From assembly GCA_034112325.1 (NCBI GenBank), contig JAWUVO010000025.1, positions 1,324 through 65,323 of the forward strand: 64,000 bases of DNA, in the 5' to 3' direction. The notes below the pieces were generated by a model. The model ran no database searches. It worked only from the letters and a program-made list of their open reading frames with translations, and was not told the origin of the DNA. The stretch comes from Bermanella sp. (GTDB lineage: Bacteria; Pseudomonadota; Gammaproteobacteria; Pseudomonadales; Oceanobacteraceae). A program made the position numbers and the translations under genes. Positions 51,263 to 60,670 of this stretch are shown piece after piece (the first letter of the stretch is position 1; each line of letters opens with the position of its first letter).

Positions 51263-53533
51263 TTACGATAATTTAAGCGGTAGGCTGCGAAGGCGTTTGC
51301 CAGTTGCCGCATAAATAGCGTTGGCAACCGCTGCCGCTACCGGTGGTAAGCCAGGTTCGCCAACACCCGTTGGGGCGTCATCGCTGTCAACAATAATCAC
51401 TTCAATTTCTGGTGTTTCATTCATGCGTAAAGCAGGATAATCATGGAAGTTACTTTGTTGAACCACACCATCTTTAAATGTTATCTCACCAGAAAGTGCA
51501 GCGCTCAAACCATAAATTATGCCACTTTCCATTTGCGCTTGAACAATGCCAGGATTAATCGCTAGACCACAGTCAACCACACACACAATTTTATGAATTT
51601 TCAGTTGGTTGTTGGTAACCGAAACCTCTGCAATCTGCGTAACATGAGAATTAAAAGATGAATGCGCAGCAACACCATGGAAGTGGCCTTTAGGCAATGG
51701 TTTTTTCCAGCCTGCTTTTTCAGCCGCTACTTTTAAAGTGTTAGCCAGTTTAGGATTTTTAGTTAAATTCTTAAGGCGATATTCAACGGCGTCTTGCTTT
51801 TGCGATATGGCAATTTCATCCATCATGCTTTCTTTAAAAAAGCCACTAAAAGAATGCCCAACAGCGCGCCAGTAACCCAAAGGTACACCAGGGTCAGCGG
51901 TGACGTGGTCAGATGATTTATTTACCGCATCATAGTCTTCATACAAGCCTTCAACACTTGTGTGATCCACAGTAAGGCTGTTAAAAATTCCATAACCACG
52001 TTTGCTTAACCAATCGACCATGGCATTTGGTAAAAAGCTTGGGAGCATTGCATCAATCATTGTATCTAATGTGTAGGGCATAATTTGTGGTCCCGAACGT
52101 TTTACTGTCCAAGTATCAATTAAACCTTGTTGATTTAATCCCACTTGAAAACGCGCTAATGAAGCGGGGCGATAAAGATCATTTTGTATGTCGTCTTCGC
52201 GGCTCCAAACTAATTGAACTGGTAATCCTGATACCTTGGCAATGGCAGCGGCTTCAGCTACAAAGTCGGTTCCACTGCGGCGACCAAAGCCACCACCTAA
52301 ATATTTACTGTTTACGGTGACATTATCGGGATCAATATCGGCATGAAAGGCCGCCGTTAATTTCGAAATATTGGGTGCTTGAGTGCCCACCCAAATTTCC
52401 ATCTTGTCGCCGTCAATTTTAGCGGTGCAATTCATTGGCTCCATTGTAGAGTGAGCAAGATAGGGTGCCCAATATTCACCCGTTATTACCGAGTCGCTAC
52501 TCTCTAATCCGTCTAGGCCATTACCTTGTTCAAAAGAATTAGTTGAGTCATCGCTGTTTAAGGCGGTAACGAACATACCCTTACCGTTATCGCTGTCGGT
52601 AGAGTCTGAAGAGAATTTTGAAAGTGTTTCTGGTAAATCCCATTCAACTTTTAATGCAGTTAGTGCATTTTTAGCTTGGTAATAATGTTCAGCAACAACC
52701 GCCACACCATTATGAATTTTAACTACAGCTTTAACACCAGGCATTGACTCAGCTTGCTTGGAGTCAAAAGATTTAACGGTGCCACCAAATACAGGACTGC
52801 GTTTTAAAGCGGTGCGATATAGGCCTTCAAAATCGACGTCGATACCAAATTCAGCAGTACCGGTACTTTTATCCATGCCATCTAATCTAGGGGCCATTTT
52901 ACCCATGTACTTAAATTGGCTTTTATCTTTTAGAGCGGCATTTTCAGGAAAATCTAGCGTATTAGCAAAATTAGCAAAGTCGCCGTAAGGTAAAGCCTTG
53001 CCGTTAACAATAACTTTTCCGTTGTCGGTGGTAATAGACGCTAAATCTAAATTAAGTTGCTGGGAAGCAGCCTGTCTTAATACTAAGCGTGTGTTAGCTG
53101 CTAAATGGCGTAACGGTAAAAAGTGCGTGCGAACACTGGTGCTGCCGCCAGTAATTTGCATACCGTACTCAGGGTTATTGTAATCTTCATGGGCTGAGGC
53201 ATGAATGATATTGATAGCTTTAGGGTTTATATCTAACTCTTCGGCCACAATAGTTGTTAAGCCAGTATAAATACCTTGCCCCATTTCACTTCTTGGAACA
53301 TAGAAGTTAATTTTATTATCGCTAGTAATTTGCAATAGAGCATTTGGCTGTAAAGCGTCGTCAGTACTACTAGGTAGTTGACCACTAGCACATGCATTTA
53401 ACGGCAAGCCCACCATTAAACCACCACCCGCAAGTGACAGGTTTTTAAGGAAATTGCGACGAGAAGGGCTAACATTGTTTGTATTAGTATCAAGGTTTTT
53501 AATTTGATTCTGTTCGATAGTCGGAGTTGTCAT
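51263..53533 (-). CDS. Xanthine oxidase family molybdopterin subunit (isoquinoline 1-oxidoreductase beta-like), Tat-exported
   Basis: SRRNFLK Tat motif; SEMGQG, TGGSTS, AHSTMEPMN, LGGGFGRR, GVGEPG. Confidence 0.92.
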   Translation of the reverse strand: MTTPTIEQNQIKNLDTNTNNVSPSRRNFLKNLSLAGGGLMVGLPLNACASGQLPSSTDDALQPNALLQITSDNKINFYVPRSEMGQGIYTGLTTIVAEELDINPKAINIIHASAHEDYNNPEYGMQITGGSTSVRTHFLPLRHLAANTRLVLRQAASQQLNLDLASITTDNGKVIVNGKALPYGDFANFANTLDFPENAALKDKSQFKYMGKMAPRLDGMDKSTGTAEFGIDVDFEGLYRTALKRSPVFGGTVKSFDSKQAESMPGVKAVVKIHNGVAVVAEHYYQAKNALTALKVEWDLPETLSKFSSDSTDSDNGKGMFVTALNSDDSTNSFEQGNGLDGLESSDSVITGEYWAPYLAHSTMEPMNCTAKIDGDKMEIWVGTQAPNISKLTAAFHADIDPDNVTVNSKYLGGGFGRRSGTDFVAEAAAIAKVSGLPVQLVWSREDDIQNDLYRPASLARFQVGLNQQGLIDTWTVKRSGPQIMPYTLDTMIDAMLPSFLPNAMVDWLSKRGYGIFNSLTVDHTSVEGLYEDYDAVNKSSDHVTADPGVPLGYWRAVGHSFSGFFKESMMDEIAISQKQDAVEYRLKNLTKNPKLANTLKVAAEKAGWKKPLPKGHFHGVAAHSSFNSHVTQIAEVSVTNNQLKIHKIVCVVDCGLAINPGIVQAQMESGIIYGLSAALSGEITFKDGVVQQSNFHDYPALRMNETPEIEVIIVDSDDAPTGVGEPGLPPVAAAVANAIYAATGKRLRSLPLKLS

Positions 53534-53535
53534 AA

Positions 53536-54060
53536 TTATACCTCCTGTGCTGTAGCGGTTTTAGGATTGAAATACTCTACGGTTTGTAATCGTCCATTAC
53601 CTGAACGCAACTCTTTTGCCGCCGATTTAATCGCTTTTTTAATGTCTGGATAGGTCCCACAGCGACAAATATTACCACTCATGGCTTGTTCTATTTGTTC
53701 GTCAGTTGGATTATTGTTTTTAGCCAATAAAGCAGTAGCGCTTACTAGCTGGCCACTTTGACAGTAACCACATTGGGCTACGCTAGTATCCACCCAAGCT
53801 TGTTGTAATGTAGATAGCATTTGCGGATTTCCAATGCCTTCAATAGTCGTTACATTACGTCCTTGAACGGCTGACAATGGAAGAATACATGTACGAGTAG
53901 ATTCACCATCTACAAGCATGCTGCAAGAACCGCATAGGCCCATGCCACAGCCAAACTTAGAACCTTTAAGGTTTAAATGGTCACGGACAGTCCATAATAA
54001 TGGCGTGTCGGGCGCAGCATCTACCTGCACAGTTTTTCCGTTTAATTCAAAGCTAATCAT
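53536..54060 (-). CDS. 2x[2Fe-2S] small subunit (IorA-like)
   Basis: KFGCGMGLCGSC, QCGYCQSG, NICRCGTY. Confidence 0.95.
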   Translation of the reverse strand: MISFELNGKTVQVDAAPDTPLLWTVRDHLNLKGSKFGCGMGLCGSCSMLVDGESTRTCILPLSAVQGRNVTTIEGIGNPQMLSTLQQAWVDTSVAQCGYCQSGQLVSATALLAKNNNPTDEQIEQAMSGNICRCGTYPDIKKAIKSAAKELRSGNGRLQTVEYFNPKTATAQEV

Positions 54061-54164
54061 GTTTGCTCCAGTTTCTCTCTTTAATAAGGCGAGGTTATGG
54101 TTATTGGCGTTTAATAAAATTGTGTATAGGTTATGCCGTAATGTTTTTTCTAAAGTCGTATTTA

Positions 54165-55325
54165 CTAATTTGTCTTAACTAATATAGGCGAAGCGGACTG
54201 TTCCGATTTTAGCAGCGTTTCCCACCAAGCATAGTTTATAAAGTTAGATTTTTTATTTATTACTTCACCCATAATAGGTGTCATTAATTTTATATTATTA
54301 TTTTCTGCTAATTTTTTAATTTGTATAAATGGGTCAAACCAAGCGTGAGTAGACAAATCAAATGTGCCATTGTGCACAGGTACTAGAATTTTACCTTTTA
54401 CATCTTTGAATGCTTGAATTGTATCTTCTGGCATTAAATGAATATTCCGCCACAGTTGATTGTATGCGCCACACTCCATAAAAGCATAATCAAATGGACC
54501 GTACTTATCGCCAATTTCTTTAAAACCATCAAAGTATCCAGTATCGCCACTGTAATAAATTGAATGATCTTTATTTCGAATTATCCAAGATGCCCAAAGC
54601 GATTCATCTCGATCTAACACACCACGCCCAGAAAAATGCTGTGCAGGAGTAGCAATTATTTCCACAGAGTCAATTTTAATAGAATCCCACCAGTCAAACT
54701 CTGTGATTTTTGATGTATCAACACCCCAGTCTAATAAGGTTTGAGCATTACCTAGCGGTACTAAAAAATGATTAACCTTATTTTTTAATTGTTGAATGCT
54801 GTCATAATCTAAATGATCGTAATGATTGTGGGAAATTATTACAGCTTCTATTTGTGGTAGTTCATCGACATTCAGCGGTACAGGATGAAAGCGTTTAGGG
54901 CCTGCCCACTGAACTGGTGAAGTACGTTGGCTGAATACCGGATCGGTGAGCCAGATTTTTCCATTCATTTGAATCATTAGAGACGAATGGCCTAAACGAC
55001 TAAACAGCAGGCTTTCTTTATCATTTAGATCGAAGGTATCTTTGTTAATAAGTTTAATAGGAATTGTTGCGGTAGGGGCGGCTTGTTCGCTTTTGTTAAA
55101 CAAAAAATCTTTACTGGCTGCCCACATCTTACTTATACTTTGAACTGAGTCTTTATTTTTATTAATAAATTTTCCATCAAAATATTGTGGTGAGGTTTTA
55201 ATTTTAGCTATTTTCTCATTGTCTATAACTGGGCTATTAGAGCAGCTAGATATTAACCAAGTAGACACCAATAATATCGATCCTATAAAAATAGTTGGTA
55301 ATTTATATTTTTTTAAGTAAAGCAT
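54165..55325 (-). CDS. MBL-fold metallohydrolase (RomA/NAPE-PLD-like), probable lipoprotein
   Basis: SHNHYDHLD, PAQHFSGR, SGDTGY, CGAY..W..IHLMPE; ISSC lipobox-like motif. Confidence 0.88.
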   Translation of the reverse strand: MLYLKKYKLPTIFIGSILLVSTWLISSCSNSPVIDNEKIAKIKTSPQYFDGKFINKNKDSVQSISKMWAASKDFLFNKSEQAAPTATIPIKLINKDTFDLNDKESLLFSRLGHSSLMIQMNGKIWLTDPVFSQRTSPVQWAGPKRFHPVPLNVDELPQIEAVIISHNHYDHLDYDSIQQLKNKVNHFLVPLGNAQTLLDWGVDTSKITEFDWWDSIKIDSVEIIATPAQHFSGRGVLDRDESLWASWIIRNKDHSIYYSGDTGYFDGFKEIGDKYGPFDYAFMECGAYNQLWRNIHLMPEDTIQAFKDVKGKILVPVHNGTFDLSTHAWFDPFIQIKKLAENNNIKLMTPIMGEVINKKSNFINYAWWETLLKSEQSASPILVKTN

Positions 55326-55331
55326 ATTATT

Positions 55332-56000
55332 TTATTTCACCTTTACTAAAGCTACTGATTGAGATTGTGTTGTGGGCATTAGTTGTGACCAGCATGATTC
55401 AAATAAGCTAACTTGAACATTTTTTTTCTGCCATAAAGAATTATTATCTAGTAAAAAATTACAGCTAGTAAATACATGGCTAGTGACTAAACCTAGCAAT
55501 AGGTCAGCAGGTAGCTTATTAAATACATGTATCTTTTGGCCTGCCTCAAACAGTACTTTCCATTCAGAAAATGCATCTTCAACACGTTCACGGGTTTCTC
55601 CATTGATATGCGCCGAATCACTAAACTGAGACAAAAACTTAAATTCATTAGGGTTATCTAAAAACCAACTAATCATAGAAAACCATACTCTATAAAAAAT
55701 ATTTTTAATCATCAGCTCATCCATATTGTTCTTATCAGGCAACAATTCGCTACCTGTTGAAACTAATAATGCCGATTGAAGGCTGAGCTTAATGTCTAAG
55801 TAGAGAGCACTTATTAGCTCTTCTTTAGTTTTAAAATGATGAAATAAAGTGCCAGTAGCCACATTTGCCGCTTTAGAGATCATAGACGTGGGAGTTTTTT
55901 CAAACCCCTGCTGAATAAATAGGTCAAGTGCTGCTTTTAATATGTGCTCACGTTTACTTGGTGCAAATTTTTTAATCAGTGTATTTTTAATATTAAACAC
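55332..56000 (-). CDS. TetR/AcrR family regulator
   Basis: KREHILKAALDLF..GF..ISKAANVATGTLFHHFKTKEEL. Confidence 0.92.
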   Translation of the reverse strand: MFNIKNTLIKKFAPSKREHILKAALDLFIQQGFEKTPTSMISKAANVATGTLFHHFKTKEELISALYLDIKLSLQSALLVSTGSELLPDKNNMDELMIKNIFYRVWFSMISWFLDNPNEFKFLSQFSDSAHINGETRERVEDAFSEWKVLFEAGQKIHVFNKLPADLLLGLVTSHVFTSCNFLLDNNSLWQKKNVQVSLFESCWSQLMPTTQSQSVALVKVK

Positions 56001-56052
56001 CCAAATATTTCATAGTCTTGTACGCTTTAAATACGGAATAGGTTTACAAACC

Positions 56053-56064
56053 GACTGATCAGTC
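56053..56064. promoter_or_regulatory. Candidate TetR operator
   Basis: Perfect palindrome GACTGATCAGTC ~55 bp upstream of the TetR start. Confidence 0.6.
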
Positions 56065-56159
56065 TATCTTGGTGTATGGAGCATGCAACTGCAAGGGTCT
56101 TTTAATACTATTTACGATTAAATAACGCTAATATAACGGCTAATTACACTTATTAAGGG

Positions 56160-56651
56160 ATGATAATGGAAAAGCTATTAGTACTGACTACGGGCGGCAC
56201 CCTAGATAAAGTGTACTTTGATGCCCTAAGTGAGTTTCAAGTAGGCGATGCAGTAGCGCCACATATCTTAACGGCCATGAATGTAAATTTTGAATTTCAG
56301 CATAAAGAAGTTTGTCGAAAAGACAGCCTAGAACTAACCGACCAAGATAGACAGTCACTAAAGTCGCTTATTGAAGCGTCAGACGCAAAATATGTTCTAA
56401 TTACACATGGCACCGACACCATGGTAGAAAGTGCTAACTATATTGGTGAGCAGTCAGGCAAGGTAATAATTTTCACTGGCGCAATGCAACCAGCCGCGTT
56501 TACTAATACCGACGCTGTATTCAATATTGGCACCGCAGTTGGTGCATTCAGTGTTGCTCAACCTGGAAGCTATATCGCTATGAGCGGTCAAGTTTATCCC
56601 GCGACTAATGTCTATAAAAACTATCAAACCAAGCGTTTTGAAGGCATGTAA
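56160..56651 (+). CDS. Short-chain asparaginase-domain protein
   Basis: TGGT and HGTDTM catalytic motifs, KDS, TGAMQP; only ~160 aa. Confidence 0.88.
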   Translation: MIMEKLLVLTTGGTLDKVYFDALSEFQVGDAVAPHILTAMNVNFEFQHKEVCRKDSLELTDQDRQSLKSLIEASDAKYVLITHGTDTMVESANYIGEQSGKVIIFTGAMQPAAFTNTDAVFNIGTAVGAFSVAQPGSYIAMSGQVYPATNVYKNYQTKRFEGM

Positions 56652-56896
56652 GATTTAGTAATATATATCCTTTTAAAAATAATAGCGTTTGTCAAAATAT
56701 TATTTATTGTATATTTAAATAAATCAATTCTATTTTATGGGATTGATTTCAAAAGCCTATACTACTTAGTTTATAAATTTAATAGGCGTTATGCCTTCTA
56801 ATCTATGCTGATAGTATTAGACTAAAAAATCTATTCCACGTCTTATCTCAAAGCATTTCCAATAAATTCAATAAGTTAGAATTTTTAGAAAAATGT

Positions 56897-56941
56897 AACT
56901 GATTTTTATCAGTTTGACATTTCATTAAGTGTGTATAGCAT
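56897..56941 (+). promoter_or_regulatory. Candidate sigma70 promoter with palindromic site abutting -35
   Basis: AACTGAT-TTTT-ATCAGTT (56897-56914), TTGACA (56914-56919), 16 nt spacer, TAGCAT (56936-56941). Confidence 0.5.
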
Positions 56942-57047
56942 ATTTTTCACTCTGGTAATCAGAGAGGATAAGATGTTGTCCTGATGCATTACATTACTGT
57001 GTCTGAGTTCTTTTTAAATAGTTAACCAATGTAAAAGGAATTGACTA

Positions 57048-57623
57048 ATGGCTATCGGCGACGAACTATCCAGTATCGATTTTCAATCAATGATTGGGGG
57101 ACCGCTTGATGCGGTTGTACGGGCACAAGCCCAGTCGGCACAAACATCAGTAGACTTTATCAAAGCGGTAGGCTTTGATGAAGACAGCAATACTCCAACG
57201 ATGGTGACCTTCAGTTATATGAAGCCTGTTGAAACCACAGATAGTGATGGAAACACAGTAGTTACTCCAACTAAGTATGATCTAACCGTCCCGATTTTGA
57301 CTATGCTTCCTATTCCGTTTATTAGGGTAGAAGAAACCACCATAGACTTTAATGCTAAAATTAATTCGGTTCAGGAATCTTCAACTACTTCATCTCATGA
57401 TCTTAAAGTCGCACTCGATGTAAAACAAGGTTGGGGAACCGGTTCTGTTAAGTTAAGCGCAAGCTATGCTTATAAAAAATCATCCTCAGCTTCTTCTAAA
57501 ACTGAACGCACTTACAGTTTACAAATACATGTTCGTGCCGTTCAAGATGAATTACCAGCAGGTACAGAAAAATTGCTGGGAATTCTTGAAAACGCAATAA
57601 AAGAAGTCCCTAACGCGGCCTAA
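57048..57623 (+). CDS. DUF2589 family protein
   Basis: MIGGPLDAVVRAQAQSA.TSVDFI..VGF, VPILTMLPIPFIRVEETTIDFN, S/T-rich hairpin, IHVRAVQDELPAG; RBS AAGGA. Confidence 0.85.
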   Translation: MAIGDELSSIDFQSMIGGPLDAVVRAQAQSAQTSVDFIKAVGFDEDSNTPTMVTFSYMKPVETTDSDGNTVVTPTKYDLTVPILTMLPIPFIRVEETTIDFNAKINSVQESSTTSSHDLKVALDVKQGWGTGSVKLSASYAYKKSSSASSKTERTYSLQIHVRAVQDELPAGTEKLLGILENAIKEVPNAA

Positions 57624-57637
57624 CCGCATGTTACATT

Positions 57638-57660
57638 AAGCGGCCCCATGGGTCGCTTTT
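57638..57660 (+). terminator. Internal terminator/attenuator after the DUF2589 gene
   Basis: AAGCGGCCC-CAT-GGGTCGCTT followed by TT. Confidence 0.65.
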
Positions 57661-57721
57661 CTATTATTGTTAATATTATTATGTAATAAACCTGTTCAAT
57701 GGATTTGAGGAATAAAATTTT

Positions 57722-58423
57722 ATGGCTGAGCTAAGCGAAGTTCTTGGGGCACTAATGATAGGCCTAGTGCATGCTCGAAGGATGGCTGACGAAGAAACGG
57801 CTGCCGTTGCTGAGTACTATAAAGATCACCCATTATTAGAAGGCATGAGCTTACCCAGGGTAAGAGTCCCTGAGCTGACTATTTCTATGCCCGTTACTAT
57901 TGATTCTCATATTGAAGCCAGCGATGCCACTATTCATTCACCTACAAGTATTTTAAAAGCAGTGACATCACAGTTGTCTAGCACCATTAAAAGTGAAAAA
58001 ATTGAATCACGAAATATGATTGAGTTTAAAAAGACATTTAATCTTGAAGCTAAAGCAGCACTTGATAAATTATCAGAATTACAGGCAAAAAACCCTGGTC
58101 GGGTTAGTAAAGAAGCAGTTGTAAGGGCCGTTGACGATGCTCTTCAGGCATCTATAAAAAGCTCTAATTTGGGTTCAGATATATCTAATGATGAAAAAGG
58201 TCGCTTATCTCGTGCCATCCGTCACCAAGTAAGTTCTGTTGCACTCAAAAAAGCCTCTGTTCCGTTATCTTTTAAGGCCTCAGCTATTACCAGCGAAGTG
58301 AAAGAAAAATCCACTAAAGAGTCCAGTGTTCAATTAAGTATTACTTTACGGGAAGAAGGTTTGGAATGGTCCACCTCACAAGGTGAAAACGGAGGCATTC
58401 AAAGTCGCCTCCAGCCGGAGTAA
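57722..58423 (+). CDS. Hypothetical protein, DUF2589-associated (similar helix-then-strand N-terminus)
   Basis: LSEVLGAL...ARRMAD...HPLL..SLPRVRVPELTISMP; C-terminal EEGLEW...RLQPE; RBS GAGG. Confidence 0.85.
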   Translation: MAELSEVLGALMIGLVHARRMADEETAAVAEYYKDHPLLEGMSLPRVRVPELTISMPVTIDSHIEASDATIHSPTSILKAVTSQLSSTIKSEKIESRNMIEFKKTFNLEAKAALDKLSELQAKNPGRVSKEAVVRAVDDALQASIKSSNLGSDISNDEKGRLSRAIRHQVSSVALKKASVPLSFKASAITSEVKEKSTKESSVQLSITLREEGLEWSTSQGENGGIQSRLQPE

Positions 58424-58429
58424 TAACTT

Positions 58430-59008
58430 ATGCAGTCAATTATCAGGGAAAGGATTTTAGAACAACTACTTAGTATTCCAAATTTAGTTGATCAATTCGC
58501 AACTCAAGAAAGTAGTTTTATGCAGAGTGTCGTCACTTGGTTGCGTGCTACCGAGCAAGCTCTTGAACCATTCAGGCTGCCTTTAATATCTCGTTTAGCC
58601 ACAGTTAGAGGCCAACTAATATCTGTATCAGAAGGGCATTTAGAGGTTGCCACAATAAAAGTTTCACGAAAGCAAAAGCGCGGTGAAGCCATTAAATTAC
58701 TTCAACAATCTGAAGAAGCTTTAAGGGAACATATTGCTAACATTGATCGGCAGTTTGATGAGTTCCGTGAAAAGCTGTCACAATTACTTGCAGTTGCATC
58801 CAGTCGAGAAGCTTTACCGGCAACTGAGCATATTACCACTGGGTATCTCGATAAGGTTTGGGGTATTGCAAAAAAAGTCCCCGAGAATAGTACACTTGCA
58901 TTATATCTTCAGGGTCGCCTCACCGAGACGGATCGCCGTTACCTGCTTGCCGATTTAATAGAGCATTTGTTAGCTGAAATGGTTACTATTCCTACTGAAA
59001 TTCAATAA
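58430..59008 (+). CDS. Hypothetical all-alpha protein
   Basis: 192-aa ORF 6 bp after the previous stop; RBS GGAG; amphipathic helical pattern. Confidence 0.8.
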   Translation: MQSIIRERILEQLLSIPNLVDQFATQESSFMQSVVTWLRATEQALEPFRLPLISRLATVRGQLISVSEGHLEVATIKVSRKQKRGEAIKLLQQSEEALREHIANIDRQFDEFREKLSQLLAVASSREALPATEHITTGYLDKVWGIAKKVPENSTLALYLQGRLTETDRRYLLADLIEHLLAEMVTIPTEIQ

Positions 59009-59816
59009 CTATCATACCGATACTTAGCCACACACCAACGGTAAAATAACTGGTAAGCCACAAAACTTCTTGTTTCCATATGGCCCAGTCATTGGTTTGT
59101 ACACGGCGCATAATAGCGTCGTGCATTCTATTTTGAATGCTCAGGTGGCTATGGTGATGTTCTTTCTCGCTTGCTCTTGAAAGGTACATAGGAATATCTA
59201 TCACTAGCATTATCCAAATACTGGCTAAGCAACTGATAAAACCAATAATCATAAGCAGCATGTAATCAGAAGATAGGTAAAAGAAACCTGCCACAAAACA
59301 CGCAGCCGTTAAAATAAGCATTACCACCCACGCCATTTCTTCTAGACTATGCCAAAAGTGATTCAGGGTTAATGTTGCATGCCAGCAAAATAACTGTGCC
59401 ATGACTATAGTGGGCACAATGGTGTATGCCACAAATGCAGCTAACTGAGATTCAATCGCTATTGAAAGGCTATAAACTATAATTGCACATTGAATGCTAA
59501 AGCAAATCTCGGCAATTGTGGCTAAAGATCGACCCAGTGCCACAGACGATAAGGGCGTGTCGTGAAGACAGTAACGTTCTAAATCGATTCTTGGATAAAA
59601 CGATCTAAAAGCACAGACAAGAACATAAATTCCCGATAACGTTGCTTGAATATAGAATGTACTATGCTGGCTTTGGCTGGTAGTTATCATCCATATCCAA
59701 AGCCCCATATTGGCCAGAGCGATGGCACACAGAGTTTTCCACCAGCGGTACGTTTTGTGAGATTGATCTTGAGTCTTATGGGTGTAATCGAGTTTAGGGC
59801 TAGTAGCTGTATGCAA
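58992..59816 (-). CDS. Hypothetical polytopic membrane protein (~7 TM)
   Basis: Hydrophobic helices with RSFYPRIDLERYC and GRSLATIAE; TTG start re-called after AAGGAG. Confidence 0.8.
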   Translation of the reverse strand: MHTATSPKLDYTHKTQDQSHKTYRWWKTLCAIALANMGLWIWMITTSQSQHSTFYIQATLSGIYVLVCAFRSFYPRIDLERYCLHDTPLSSVALGRSLATIAEICFSIQCAIIVYSLSIAIESQLAAFVAYTIVPTIVMAQLFCWHATLTLNHFWHSLEEMAWVVMLILTAACFVAGFFYLSSDYMLLMIIGFISCLASIWIMLVIDIPMYLSRASEKEHHHSHLSIQNRMHDAIMRRVQTNDWAIWKQEVLWLTSYFTVGVWLSIGMIVIEFQ

Positions 59817-60018
59817 TGAAGTCTCCTTAGTTTGATAGACAAAAAACATTATTGGGAAATTAGGCCTAGCTAAATTATAGTTATAAACCCATTAAATTAG
59901 TTGGCGCAGGCAATAACTTAATATAATTGTCACATACTTATGTATAGCCAGCCTTACGCTGTTGGACTTCATTAGGTATAATGGCTTTTTTATTGTATTT
60001 AGGCTTTAGTCCCCGTTT

Positions 60019-60651
60019 ATGGCGAACTCCGTAGAAGATTTAATGCAGCCCGTTTTAGACTATTTGTTATGCGTAACCCCAGATGAATGGGTGACAGCAG
60101 CGCTTCAGCATCCAGAAACTATACTCATAGATCATGCCGCTAACGAACTGAAGGCTGCTCAGTCGGCTATGACATTAATGGCACGTAATCCTCATAAGGT
60201 TGATGTGTTAAATAAAATGTCACGTTTAGCTCGAGAGGAATTAGTTCATTTTGAGCAAGTGATGAAAATACTCAAAAACCGAGAGATTAAATACTTAGCA
60301 TTAAAAGCCAGTCCTTACGCGGCTAAAATGGCCAAGTTTATTGGTAAAACTAACGATGATATTTTAAGAGATAACTTAATAATTGGCAGTATTATAGAAG
60401 CTCGTTCGTGCGAACGATTTTTCAAGCTAGCGCCTCATTTAGATACCGAGTTAGAAAAATTTTACATGTCTTTGTTGAAATCGGAAGCAAGACACTTTAC
60501 TGACTATTTAGACCTTGCTCAAAAATATACCAAAGAGCCAATAGATGAACGAGTACAGTTTTTCTTAGAATTAGAGCGCGATGCGATTTTACAGCCGGAT
60601 AATCTAATGCGTTTACACAGTGGCATGCCAACAGAAAATATGAAAACCTAG
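60019..60651 (+). CDS. miaE: tRNA-(ms2io6A37) hydroxylase
   Basis: LIDHA.NELKAA, LAREELVHF, IIEARSCERF, SEARHF, RLHSG. Confidence 0.93.
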   Translation: MANSVEDLMQPVLDYLLCVTPDEWVTAALQHPETILIDHAANELKAAQSAMTLMARNPHKVDVLNKMSRLAREELVHFEQVMKILKNREIKYLALKASPYAAKMAKFIGKTNDDILRDNLIIGSIIEARSCERFFKLAPHLDTELEKFYMSLLKSEARHFTDYLDLAQKYTKEPIDERVQFFLELERDAILQPDNLMRLHSGMPTENMKT

Positions 60652-60670
60652 TTGATGTTTAGCATCTTCT

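Noticed and set aside
56651-59849. Prophage or integrative element carrying the DUF2589 operon
   Set aside because: No integrase, att-like direct repeats, tRNA or phage genes were seen.
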